DNA of 64,000 nt from Squalus acanthias. Lineage: Eukaryota. Positions 1 to 15,300 of this stretch are shown in pieces. Under the pieces are notes generated by a model. That model saw nothing but the letters and a program-made list of their open reading frames with translations, was not told the origin of the DNA and did no database searches. Made by a program: the position numbers and the translations under genes. The first letter of the stretch is position 1. Every line of letters starts with the position of its first letter. The stretch covers positions 32,800,001 to 32,864,000 of the forward strand of contig CM059433.1 of the NCBI GenBank assembly GCA_030390025.1. The letters are read 5' to 3'.

Positions 1-84
1 GAATCAATCATAGGATCAATCATAGAATCAATCACAGGATCAATCACAGGATCAATCATTGAATCAATCAGAGAAGCAAACATA

Positions 85-1065
85 GAACAATCATAGAATC
101 AATCATATAATCAATCATAAAATCAATCATAGGATCAATCACAGGATCAATAATTGAATCAATCATAGAAACAGCAATAGCATCAATGATAGGATCAATA
201 ATAGAATCAATCACAGGATCAATCATCGAATGAATCACAGGATAAATCATAGGATCAATCATAGAATCAATCATTGGATCAATCATAGGATCAATCATAG
301 AAGCAATCATAGAATCAATCATAGGATCAATCATAGAATCAATCACAGGATCATTCATAGAATCGATCCTAGAATCAATCACAGGATCAATCATAGTCAA
401 TCATAGAATCAATCATAGAATCCAGCATTGAATCAAACATCGAATCAATCTTAGAATCAGACATAGCTTCAATGATAAGATCAATAATAGAATCAATCAC
501 AGGGTCAATCATAGAATCAATCATAGAATCAATGATAGGATAAATAATAGAATCAATCACAGGATCAATCATAGAATCAATCATAGAATCAATCATAAAA
601 TCAATCATAGGATCAATCACAGGATCAATAATTGAATCAATCATAGAAACAGCAATAGCATCAATGATAGGATCAATAATAGAACCAAGCACAGGATCAA
701 TCATCGAATGAATCACAGGATAAATCATAGGATCAATCATAGAATCAATCATTGGATCAATCATAGGATCAATCATTGAAGCAATCATAGAATCAATCAT
801 AGGATCAATCATAGAATCAATCACAGGATCATTCATAGAATCGATCCTAGAATCAATCACAGGATCAATCATTAAATCAATCATAGAATCAATCATAGAA
901 TCCAGCATTGAATCAAACATTGAATCAATCTTAGAATCAGACATAGCTTCAATGATAAGATCAATAATACAATCAATCACAGGGTCAATCATAGAATCAA
1001 TCATAGAATCAATGATAGGATCAATAATAGAATCAATCACAGGATCAATCATAGAATCAATCATA
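85..1065 (+). repeat. ~480-bp (40-monomer) tandem duplication
   Basis: TCCAGCATTG at 421 and 901 (offset 480). ACAGCAATAGCA at 171 and 649 (offset 478, across a 2-bp deletion near 396). Confidence 0.85.
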
Positions 1066-4000
1066 GTATCAATCATAGGATCATCATAGAACCAATCATC
1101 GAATAAATTATAGGAAGAATAATAGAATCAATCACAGGCTCAATCATAGAATCAATCATAGAATCAGTCGTAGAATCAATCATAGAATCCATCATAGGAT
1201 CAATCATAGAATCAATCATAGAATCAATGATTGGATCAATCATAGGATCAATCATAGAATCAATCATAGAATCAATCACAGGATCAATCATAGAATCAAT
1301 CATAGATTTAATCATTGAATCATACATTGAATCAATCACAGGACCAATCATCGAATCAATCATATAATCAATCATAGGATCAATCATAAAATCAATCATA
1401 GAATCAATCACAGAATCAATGACAGAATCAATCATAGAATCGATCATGGACTTAATCATTTAATCATACATTGAATCAATCTCAGGATCAATCATCGAAT
1501 AAATCATTGAATCAATCACAGTATCATACATTGAATCAATCTCAGGATCAATCATCGAATAAATCATTGAATCAATCACAGTATCAATCATAGAATCAAT
1601 CATAGAAACAATCATAGAATCAATCATAGAAGCATTCGCAGAATCAATCATGGAATCAATCATCGAATCAATCATCGGATCAATCATAGAATCAATCAAG
1701 AGCTCAATCACAGGATCTATAATAGAAGCAATCAAAGAATCAATCAATGAATGAGTCCTAGAATCAACCAAAAGATCAATCCTAGAGTCAATCACAGAAT
1801 CAATCATAGAATCAATTAAAGGATCAATCATAGGATCAATCAGGGGACAATCACAGGATCAATCACAGAATCAATCATATAATCAATCCTTGAATCAATC
1901 ATTGAATCAATCAAAGAATCAATCCTAGAATCAATCAAAGAATCAATCAAAGAATCAATCCTAGAATCAATCATAGGATCAATCCGAGAATCAATCGCAG
2001 GATCAATCATAGAAACAATCAAAGAATGGTCATTTAATCAATCATAGGATCAAGCATAGAATCAATCACAGGATTAAACAGAATAAATCTTAGAATCAAT
2101 CATAGAATTAATCAAAGGATCAAGCAGTGTATCAATCACAGGATCAATCATAGAAGCAATCATAAAATCAATTAACTGATCAATCATAGAATCAATCATA
2201 GAATAAATCATAGGATCAATCATAGAATCAATCATGGGATCAATCACAGGATCTATAATAGCAGCAATCAATGAATCAATCAAAGAATCAATCATAGAAT
2301 GAATCATAGGATCAATCGTAGAATCAATCACAGGATCAATCACAGGATCAATCATTGAATCAATCAAAGAAGCAAACATCGGATCAATCATAGAATAAAT
2401 CATGGAATCAATCATAAAATCAACCATAGGATCAATCACAGGATCAATAATTGAATCAATCATAGAATCACCAATAGCATGAATGATAGGATCAATAATA
2501 GAGTCAACCACAGGATCAATCATAGAATCAATCACAGGATCAATCAAAGGATCAAACATAGAATCAATCATTGGATCAATCATAGGATCAATCATAGAAT
2601 CAATCACTGGATCAATAATATAATCAATCATGGGATCAATCACAGGATCTATAATAGAAGCAATCAATGAATCAATCAAAGAATCAATCTTAGAATCAAT
2701 CATAGGTTCATTCCTAGAATCAATCACAGGATCATTCATAGAATCGATCCTAGAATCAATCACAGGATCAATCATAGAATCAATCATAGAATCAATCATA
2801 GAATCCATCATTGAATCAAACATAGAATCAATCTTAGAATCAGACATAGCATCAATGATAAGATCAATAATAGAATCAATCACAGGGTCAATCATAGAAT
2901 CAATCATAGAATCAATGATAGGATCAATAATAGAATCAATCACAGGATCAATCATAGAATCAATCATATAATCAATCATAGGATCAATCATAGAACCAAT
3001 CATCCAATAAATGATAGGAACAATAATAGAATCAATCACAGGCTCAATCATATAATCAATCATAGAATCAGTCGTAGAATCAATCATAGAATCCATCATA
3101 GGATCAATCATGGAATCAATCATAGAATCAATGATTGGGTCAATCATAGGATCAATCATAGAATCAATCATAGAATCAATCACAGGATCAATCATAGAAT
3201 CAATCATAGAATGAATCATTGAATCATACATTGAGTCAATCACAGGTCCAATCATCGAATCAATCATAGAATCAATCATAGGATCAATCATAGAATCAAT
3301 CACAGGAATCAATGACAGAATCAAACATAGAATCAATCATGGAATTAATCATTGAATCATACATTGAATCAATCACAGGATCAATCATCGAATCAATCAT
3401 TGAATCAATCAATTGATCAATCATCGAAAAAAACATAGCATCAACCATAGGATCAATCATAGAATCAATCATAGAATCAATCACAGAATCATTCATAGAA
3501 TCAATCACAGAATCAATGACAGAATCAATGATAGAATCAATGATAGAATCAATCATAGAATCAATCACAGAATCAATCACTTGATCAAACATTGAATCAA
3601 TCATTGAATCAATCATAGAATCAATCATAGAAGCAATGATAGAATCAATCATAGAATCAATCATTGGATCAATCATAGAATCAATCACAGAATCAATCAT
3701 GGAATGAATCATCGAATCAATCATCGGATCAATCATAGAATCAATGATGAGTTCAATCACAGGATCTATAATAGAAGCAATCAAAGAATCAATCAAAGAT
3801 TCAATCCTAGAATCAACCATAGGATCAATCTCAGAGTCAATCACAGGATCAATCATAGAATAAATCATAGAACCAATCTTTGAATCAATCCTAGAATCAA
3901 ACATAGAATCAATCACAGAATCAATCATAGATACAATCAAAGGATCAATCATAGGATCAATCAGAGGAGCAATCACAGGATCAATCACAGAATCAATCAT

Positions 4001-4070
4001 ATAATCAATCCTTGAATCAATCATTGAATCAATCAAAGAATCAATCCTAGAATCAATCCTAGAATCAATC
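372..4070 (+). repeat. Segmental block A, copy 1 (3.7 kb; copy 2 at 22609-26307, offset 22237)
   Basis: Identical rare variants and frameshifts. ORF pairs 387/22624, 1073/23310, 1460/23697, 2074/24311 and 3296/25533 are all offset by 22237. Confidence 0.95.
1463..1586 (+). repeat. 60-bp (5-monomer) exact tandem duplication; also present at ~23700-23823
   Basis: ATCATACATTGAATCAATCTCAGG...ATCACAGT repeated at offset 60. Confidence 0.9.
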
Positions 4071-7000
4071 CTAGAATCAATCATAGTATCAATCCTAGAA
4101 TCAATCACAGGATCAATCATAGGATCAATCACAGGATCAATCATAGGATCAATCATAGAATCAATCATAGAATCAATCATTGGATCAATCATAGAATCAA
4201 TCATAGGATCAATCACAGGATCAATCATGGAATTAATCATAGAATCAATCATAGAATCAATCACAGGATCAATCATAGAATCAATCACAGGATCAATCAT
4301 AGAATCAATCAAAGAATCAATCATAGAATCAATCATAGAAGCAATCATAGAAGCAATCATAGAATCAATCATAGTATCAATCAGATAATCAATCAAAGGA
4401 TCAATCATAGAAACAAACATAGAATCATTCCTAGAAGCAAACATAGAATCAATCATAGGATCAATCACAGGATCAATCATAGAAGCAATCATAGAATTAA
4501 TCATAGGATCAATCCTAGAATCAATCAAAGGATCAATAATAGAATCAATCACAGGATCAATCAAAGAATCAATTATAGAATCAAACACCTGATCAATAAT
4601 AGGATCAATCATGGAATCAAAAACAGGATTAATCAGAATCAATGTTAGAATCAATCATAGAATTAATCAAAGGATGAAGCAAAGTATCAATCACAGGATC
4701 AATCATAGAATCAATCATAAAATCAATTAACTGATCAATCATAGAATCAATCATCGAATAAATCATAGGATCAATCATAGAATCATTCACAGGATCAATC
4801 ACAGGATCAATCATTGAATCAATCAGAAAAGCAATCATAGAATTAATCATAGGATCAATCCTAGAATCATTAAAAGGATCAATTATAGAATCAATCACAG
4901 GATCAATCATAGAATCAATTATAGAATCAAACACCAGATCAATAATAGGGTCAATCATAGAATCAATCATAGAATCAATCACAGGGTCAATCATAGAATC
5001 AATCATAGAATCAATCATCGGATCAATCATAGAATCAATCATAGAATCAATCACAGAATCAATCACAGAATCAATCATAGAATCAATCATGGAATTAATC
5101 ATTGAATCATACATTGAATCAATCACAGGATCAAGCATCGAATAAATCATTGAATCAATCACAGGATCAATCATGGAATCAATCATACAATCAATCATAG
5201 AATCAATCATAGAATCAATCACAGGATCAATCATAGAATCAATCATTGAATTAATCATTGAATCATACATTGAATCAATCACAGGATCATTCATCGAATA
5301 AATCAGAATCAATCATAGGATCAATCACAGAATCAATGACAGAATCAATGATAGAATCAATGATAGAATCAATGATAGAATCAATGAATGAATCAATCAC
5401 AGGATCAAACATAGAATCAATCATAGAATCAATCATAGAATCAATCATAGAAGCAATGATAGAATCAATCATAGAATCAATCATTGGATCAATCATAGAA
5501 TCAATCACAGAATCAATCATGGAATTAATCATCGAATCAATCATCGGATCAATCATAGAATCAATCATGAGTTCAATCACAGGATCTATAATAGAAGCAA
5601 TCAAAGAATCAATCAAAGAATCAATCCTAGAATCAATCATAGGATCAATCATAGAGTCAATCACAGGATCAATCATAGAATAAATCATAGAACCAATTTT
5701 GAATCAATCCTAGAATCATACATAGAATCAGTCACAGAATCAATCATAGAATCAATCAAAGGATCAATCATAGGATCAATCAGAGGATCAATCACAGAAT
5801 CAATCATATAATCAATCCTTGAATCAATCATTGAATCAATCAAAGAGTCAATCCTAGAATCAATCAAAGAATCAATCAAAGAATCAATCCTAGAATCAAT
5901 CATAGGATCAATCCTAGAATCAATCACAGGATCAAACATAGAATCAATCACAGGATCAATCATAGGATCAATCACAGGATCAATCATTGGATCAATCATA
6001 GAATCAATCATAGGATCAATCACAGGATCAATCATGGAATTAATCATAGAATCAATCATAAAATCAAGCACAGGATCAATCATAGAAGCAACCACAGGAT
6101 CATTCATAGAATTAATCATAGAATCAATCATTCAATCAATCATAGAAGCAAACATAGAAGCAATCATAGAATCAATCATAGTATCAATCAGATAATCAAT
6201 CAAAGGATCAATCATAGAATCAAACATAGAATCAATTCTAGAAGCAAACATAGAATCAATCATAGGATCAATAATAGAATCAATCATAGAATCAATCATA
6301 GGATCAATCATAGAATCAATTACAGGATCAATCACAGAATCAATCATTGAATCAGTCATAGAAGCAAACATAGCATCAATCATAGAATCAATCATAGAAT
6401 CAATCATAGAATCAATCATAGGATCAATCATAGAATCAATCACAGGATCAATCACAGGATCAATCATTGAATCAATCATAGAAGCAAACGTAGTATCAAT
6501 CATAGAATAAATCATAGAATCAATCATAAAATCAACCATAGGATCAATCACAGGATCAATAATTGAATCAATCATAGAATCAGCAATAGCATCAATGATA
6601 GCACCAATAATAGAATCAACCACAGGATCAATCATAGAATCACTCACAGGATCAATCATAGGATCAATCATAGAATCAATCATTGGATCAATCATAGGAT
6701 CAATCATAGAATCAATCCTAGAATCAATCATAGGATCAATCCGAGAATCAATCACAGGATCAATCATAGAATGAACCACAGGATCAATCATATGATCAAT
6801 CACAGGATCAATCATTGGATCAATCATAGAATCAATCATAGGATCAATCACAGGATCAATCATGGAATTAATCATAGAATCAATCATAGAATCAAGCACA
6901 GGATCAATCATAGAATCAATCACAGAATCAATCATAGAATTAATCATAGAATCAATCATTCAATCAATCAGAGAAGCAATCATAGAAGCAATCATAGAAT

Positions 7001-8051
7001 CAATCATAGTATCAATCAGATAATCAATCAAAGGATCAATCATAGAATCAAACATAGAATCAATTCTAGAAGCAAACATAGAATCAATCATAGGATCAAT
7101 CATAGAATCAATCATAGAATCAATCATAGGATCAATCATAGAATCAATCACAGGATCAATCACAGGATCAATCATTGAATCAATCAGAGAAGCAAACATA
7201 GCATCAATCATAGAATCAATCATAGAATCAATCATAAAATCAATCATAGGATCAATCACAGGATCAATAATTGAATCAATCATAGAAACAGCAATAGCAT
7301 CAATGATAAGATCAATAATAGAATCAATCAGAGGATCAATCATCGAATCAATCACTGGATCAATCACAGGATCAATCACAGAATCAATAATTGGATCAAT
7401 CATAGGATCAATCATAGAAGCAATCATAGAATTAATAATAGGATCAATCCTAGAATCAGTCAAAGGATCAATCATAGAATCAATCACAGGATCAATCATA
7501 GAATTAATTATAGAATCAGACACCAGATCAATAATAGGATCAATCATAGAATCAATCATAGAATCAAGCACAGCATCAATCATTGAATCTAACATAGTAT
7601 CAATCACATGATCAATGATAGGATCAATCATAGAAGCAAACATCCAATCAATCACAGGATCAATCATAGAATCAATCATAGAATCAATCAGCGGATCAAT
7701 AATATAATCAATCATAGAATCAATCATAGAAACAATCACGGGTTTAATCATAGTATCAATCATAGAATCAATCATAGAATCATTCACATAATCAATCATA
7801 GAATCAATCACAGGATCAATCATAGAATCAATCACAGGATCAATCATAGAATCAATCAAAGAATCGTCATTGAATCAATCATAGGATCAAGCATAGAATC
7901 AATCACAGGATTAAACAGAATCAATCTTAGAATCAATCATAGAATTAATCAAAGGATCAAGCAAAGTATCAATCACAGGATCAATCATAGAATCAATCAT
8001 AAAATCAATTAACTGATCAATCATAGAATCAATCATAGAATCAATCATAGG

Positions 8052-11000
8052 ATCAATCATAGAATCAATCACAGGATCAATCCTTGAATCAATCATAGAA
8101 TCAATCAAAGAATCAATCATAGATTCAATCATCGAATCAATCATAGAAACAAACAAAGGATCAATCATAGAATCAATCATAGGATCAATCATAGAACCAA
8201 TCATAGAATCAATCACAGGCTCTATAACAGTATCAATCATAGAATCAATTGCAACATCAATCCTAGAATTAATCACAGGATCAATCATAGAATGAATCAT
8301 AGATTCAATCATAGGATCAATCATAGAATAAATAATAAGATCAATAATAGAATCAATCACAGGATCAAACATAGAATCAATCATAGAATCAATCATAGAA
8401 TCCCTCATTGAGTCAATCATAGAATCAATCATAGGATCAATCATAGAGTCAATGATAGAATCAATGATAAGATCAATAGTAGAATCAATCACGGGATCAA
8501 TCATAGAATCAATCATTGAATCAAACACAGGATCAATAATTGAATCAATGATAGGATCAATCATAGGATCAATCATAGAATCAATCATAGAATCAATCAT
8601 TGAATCAATCACAAGATCAATCATAGAATCAATCAAAGGTTCAATAATTGAAACAATCATAGAATCAATCATACAAGCAATCATAGGATCAATCACAGGA
8701 TCAATCACAGGATCAATCATAGAATCAATCACAGGATCAATCATAGAATCAATCATTGGATCAATCATAGGATCAATCATAGATTCAATCACTGGATCAA
8801 TCAAAGAATCAATCATACAATCAAGCATAGAAGCTATCATAGAATCAATCATAGGATCAATCAAATGATCAATAATTGAATCAATCATAGAATCAATCAT
8901 AGAATCAAAACTTGAATCACTCATAGAATCAATCATAGAATCAATCAAAGGATGTATCATAGGATCAATCATGGGAGCAATCACAGGATCAATCATAGAA
9001 CCAATCATATAATCAATCCTTGAATCCATCATTGAATCAATAAAAGGATCAATCATAGATTCAATCATAGGATCAATCATAGGAGCAATCACAGGATCAA
9101 TCATAGAATCAATCATATAATCAATCCTTGAATCAATCATTGAAACAATCAAAGGATCAATCATAGAATCAATCATAGAAACAAATAAAGGATCAATCAT
9201 AGAATCAATCGCAGGATCAATCCTTGAATCAATCAAAGAATCAATCATAGAATCAAACATAGAACCAATCATAGGATCAATCATAGGAGCAATCACAGGA
9301 TCAATCATAGAATCAATCACATAATCAATCCTTGAATCAATCATGGAATCAAAGGATCAATCATAGAATCAATCACAGAAACAAACAAAGGATCAATCAT
9401 AGAATCAATCACAGGATCAATCATAGAATCTATCATAGAATCAAACACCGGATCAATAATAGGATCAAACAAAATCAATCATAGTAACAATCACAGGCTT
9501 AATCATAGGATCAATCATAGACTCAATCAGGGGATCAATAATTGAATCAATCACAGGATCAATCATAGAATCAATCATAGAATCAATCACACGATCAATC
9601 ATAGTAACAATCACAGGCTTAATCATAGGCTCAATCATAAACTCAATCAGAGGATCAATAATTGAATCAATCACAGGATCAATCATATAATCAATCATAG
9701 AATCTATCACAGGATCAATCATAGAATCAATCACAAGATTAAATATAGAATCAATCATTGAATCAATCATAGAATCAATTACAGAAACAAACACAGGGAT
9801 AGTCATACAATCATTCACGTGATCTATCAGAGGATCAATCATAGAATCAATCACAGCATTAATCATAGAAACAATAACAAGATCAATCATAGAATCAGTC
9901 ACATGATCAATCACAGGAACAATCTTAGAAGCAATCACAGGATCAAGCACAGGATCAAAGATAGAATCAATCACATGATCGATCATAGAATGAATCATAG
10001 GATCAATCACAGGATCAATCATAGAATCACACACATGATCAAACATAGAATCAATCACAAAATCAATCATAGAATCAATCAGTGGATCAGTCATAGAATC
10101 AATCATTGAATCAAACACAGGATCAATCATAGAATCAATCACTGGTACAATCATAGAATAAATCACAGGATGAATCATAGAATCAGTCACAGGATCAATC
10201 ATAGAATCAATCACATGATCAAACATAGAATCAATCACTTGATCGATCATAGATTCAATCACATGATCAAGCATAGAATCAATCACAGGATCAATCATCG
10301 AATGAATCACAATATAAATCATAGTATCAACCACATGATCAAACATAGAATCGATCACATGTTCCATTAAAGGATCAATCTTAGAATCAATGACAAGATC
10401 AATCACAGGATGAATAAATGGATCAGCCATAAAATCAATCACATGATCCATCATAGAATCAATCACAGGATCAGTCTACAATCAATCGTTGAATCAAACA
10501 CAGGATCAATCATAGAATCATTCACTGGTACAATCATAGAATCAATCACAGGATCAATCATAGAATCAGTCACAGGATCAATCATAGAATCAATCATAGG
10601 ATCAAGCATAGAATCAATCACATGATCAAGCATAGAATCAATCACAGAATCAATCATAGAATCAATCACAGGATCAGTCATAGAATCAATCATATGTTCA
10701 ATCATAGAATCAATCACAGGATCAATTATAGGATCAATAATAGAATAGATCACATGATCAATCACAGAGTCAATCACATAATCTATCATAGAATCAATCA
10801 TAGAATCAATCATAGGATCAAACATGGAATCAATCACATGATCAATCACAGGATCAATCACATAATCTATCATAGAATCAATCATAGAATCAATCAAAGG
10901 ATCAAAAATGGAATCAATCACATGATCAATCATAGAATCAATCACATGTTCAATCATAGAATCAACCACATGATCAATCATAGAATCAATCACATGTTCA

Positions 11001-11700
11001 ATCATAGAATGAATCATCGATCAGTCATAGAATCAATGACAGTATCAATCATTTAATCAATCACAGGGTCAATCATAGAATCAATCACAGGATCAATCTT
11101 AGAATCGATCACATGAACAATCACAGCTTAATCTTAGAATCAATCACTAGATCAATCGTAGAATCAACTATAGAATCAATCACAGGATCTATCATCGAAT
11201 CATGCATAGAATCAGCAATAGAATCCAAGTCGGGATCAAGCATAGAATCCATCACAGGATCAATCTTAGAATCAATCACATAATCAATCATAGAATCAAT
11301 CACATGATCCAGCATAGAATCAATCACAGGATCAATCACAGAATCAATCATAGAATGAATCACATGATCAAACATTGAATCGATCACATGGTCAATCACA
11401 GGATCAATCTTAGAATCTATCACAAGATCAATCATAGAATCGGTCACATGATCAATCACAGGATCAACCATAGAATCGATCACAGGGTCATTCACAGGAA
11501 CAATCATAGAATCAATCACAGGATCAATCATAGAATCAATCATAGGATCAAACATGGAATCAATCACATGATCAATCACAGGATCAATCATAGAATCAAC
11601 CACATGATCAATCATAGAATCAATCACATGTTCAATCATAGAATGAATCATGCATCAATCATAGAATCAATGACAGTATCAATCATTTAATCAATCATAG
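8052..11700 (+). repeat. Segmental block C, copy 1 (3.65 kb; copies at 15292-18941 and 29303-32952)
   Basis: Shared private landmarks TCCCTCATTG, GCAACATC, CAGTCTACAATC and CCAAGTCGGG. Offsets are 7240/7241, then 14011. Confidence 0.95.
9475..9690 (+). repeat. 120-bp (10-monomer) tandem duplication nested in block C
   Basis: ATAGTAACAATCACAGGCTTAATCATAGG at 9481 and 9601. Confidence 0.85.
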
Positions 11701-12301
11701 AAGTAAACATAGTATCAATCATAGAATAAATCATAGAATCAATCATAAAATCAACCATAGGATCCATCACAGGATCAGTAATTGAATCAATCATAGAATC
11801 AGCAATAGCATCAATGATAGCATCAATAATAGAATCAACCACAGGATCAATCATAGAATCACTCACAGGATCAATCATAGGATCAGTCATAGAATCAATC
11901 ATTGGATCAATCATAGGATCAATCATAGAATCAATCATAGAATCAATCATAGGATCAATCATAGAATCAATCACTGGATCAATAAAAGAATCAATCATGG
12001 GATCAATCACAGGATTTATAATAGAAGCAATCAATGAATCAATCAAAGAATCAATCTTAGAATCAATCATAGGTTCAATCCTAGAATCAATCCTAGGATC
12101 ATTCATAGAATCGATCCTAGAATCAATCACAGGATCAATCATAGAATCAATCATAGAATCAATGATAACATCAATAATAGAATCAATCACAGGGTCAATC
12201 ATAGAATCAATCATAGAATCAATGATAGAATCAATAATAGAATCAATGATAGAATCAATAATAGAATCAATCACAGGATCAATCATAGAATCAATCATAG
12301 A

Positions 12302-15300
12302 ATCAATCACAGGATCAATCATAGAATCAATCATAGGATCAATCATAGAACCAATCATCGAATAAATGATAGGAACAATAATAGAATCAATCACAGGCTC
12401 AATCATAGAATCCATCATAGGATCAATCATAGAATAAATCATAGAATCAATGATTGGATCAATCATAGGATCAATGATAGAATCAATCATAGAATCAATC
12501 ACAGGATCAATCATAGAATTAATCATTGAATCATACATTGAATCAATCACAGGACCAATCATCGAATCAATCATAGAATCAATCATAGAATCAATCATGA
12601 AATTAATCAATGAATCATACATTGAATCAGTCACAGGATCAATCATCGAATAAATCACAGAATCAATCACAGAATTAATGAAAGAATCAATCATAGAATC
12701 ATCATGGAATTAATCATAGGATCAATCATAGAATCAAACATCGAATCAATCACAGGATCAATCATAGAATCAATCATAGAATTAATCATTGAATCATACA
12801 TTGAATCAATCACAGGATCAATCATCGAATAAATCATATAATCAATCATAGGATCAATCATAGAATCAATCATAGAATTAATCACGGAATCAATCATAGA
12901 ATCAATCACAGAATCAATGACAGAATCAATGACAGAATCAATGATAGAATCAATGATTGAATCAATCATAGAATCAATCACAGGATCAAACATAGAATCA
13001 ATCATAGAATCAATCATAGAATCAACCATAGAATCAATCATTGAAGCAATGATAGAATCAATCAAAGAATCAATCATTGGATCAATCATAGAATCAATCA
13101 CAGAATCAATCATGGAATCAATCATCGAATCAATCATCGGATCAAACATAGAATCAATCATGAGTTCAATCACATGATCTACAACAGAAGCAATCAAAGA
13201 ATCAATCAAAGAATCAATCCTAGAATCAACCATAGGAACAATCCATGAGTCAATCACAGAATCAATCATAGAATAAATCATAGAACCAATCTTTGATTCA
13301 ATCCTAGAATCAAACATAGAATCAATCAGAGAATCAATCATAGAATCAATCAAAGGATCAATCATAGGATCAATCAGAGGAACAATCACAGGATCAATCA
13401 CATAATCAATCATATAATCAATCCTTGAATCAATCATTGAATCAATCAAAGAATCAATCCTAGAATCTATCAAAGAATCAATCAAAGAATCAATCCTAGA
13501 ATCAATCATAGGATCAATCCTAGAATCAATCACAGGATCAATCATAGAATCAATCACAGGATCAATCATAGGATAAATAACAGGATCAATCTTAGAATCA
13601 ATAATAGGATCAATCACAGGATCAATCATAGAATTAATCATAGAATCAATCACAGGATCAATCATAGAATCAATCACAGGATAAATCATAGAATCAATCA
13701 TAGAATCAATCATAGAATCAATCATAGAAGCAATCATAGAATCAATCATAGTATCAATCAGATAATCAAACATAGAATTAATCCTAGAAGCAAACATAGA
13801 AACAATCATAGGATCAATCACAGGCTCAATGATAGAAGCAATCATAGAATTAATCATAGGATCAATCCTAGAATCAATCAAAGGATCAATCATAGAATCA
13901 ATCACAGGATCAATCATAGAATCAATTATAGAATCAAACACCGGATCAATAATAGGATCAAGCATGGAATCAATCACAGGATTAATCAGAATCAATTTTA
14001 GTAATCAATCATAGAATTAATCAAAGGATTAAGCAAATTATCAATCACAGGATCAATCATAGAATCAATCATAAAATAAATTAACTGATCAATCATAGGA
14101 TCAATCATTGAATCAATCAGAGAAGCAAACATAGGATCAATCATAGAATAAATCATAGAATCAATCATAAAATCAATCATAGGATCAATCACAGGATCAA
14201 TAATTGAATCAATCATAGAAACAGCTATAGCATCAATGATAGGATCAATCATAGAATCAATCACAGGATCAATCATAGAATCAATCATTGGATCAATCAT
14301 AGGATCAATCATAGAAGCAATCATATAATTAATCATAGGATCAATCCTAGAATCAATCAAAGGATCAATCATAGAATCAATCACAGGATCAATCATAGAA
14401 TCAATTATAGAATCAAACACCAGATCAATAATAGGATCAATCATAGAATCAATCATAGAATCAATCACAGCATCAATCATTGAATCTAACATAGAATCAA
14501 TCACATGATCAATCATAGGATCAATCATAGAATCAAACATCCAATCAATCACAGGATCAATCAGAGAATCAATCACCGGATCAATAATAGGATTAATCAT
14601 AGAATCAATCATTGAAACAATCACAGGTTTAATCATAGTATCAATCATAAAATCAATCATAGAATCAATCACATAAAGGATCAAGCAAAGTATCAATCAT
14701 AGGATCAATCATAGAATCAATCATAGAATCAATCATAGGATCAATCATAGAATCAATCACAGGATCAACCACAGGATCAATCATTGAATCAATCATAGAA
14801 GCAAACATAGGATCAATCATAGAATAAATCAAAGAATCAAACATAAAATTAATCATAGGATCAATCACAGGATCAATCACAGGATCAATCATAGAATCAA
14901 TCACAGGATGAATCATAGAATCAATCATTGGATCAAACATAGGACCAATCATAGAATCAATGACTGGATCAATCATAGAATCAATCATAGAATCAAGCAT
15001 AGAAGCAATCATAGAATCAATTATAGGAGCAATCACAGGATCAATCATAGAATCAATCATATAATCAATCCTTCAATCAATCATTGAATCAATCAAAGGA
15101 TCAATCATAGAATCAATCATATAATCAATCATAGAATCAATCATAGGATCAATCATAGGAGCAATCACAGGATCAATCATAGAATCAATCATATAATCAA
15201 TCCTTGAATCAATCATTGAATCAATCAAAGGATCAATCATGGAATCAATCTTAGAATCAATCATAGAAACAAATAAAGGATCAATCATAGAATCAATCAT

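Noticed and set aside
9471..9474. A4 versus A5 difference between C copies as a meaningful event
   Set aside because: A single-base homopolymer difference (A5 at 16711, 30722 and 45623) could be a sequencing error. I used it only as weak support alongside substitutions.
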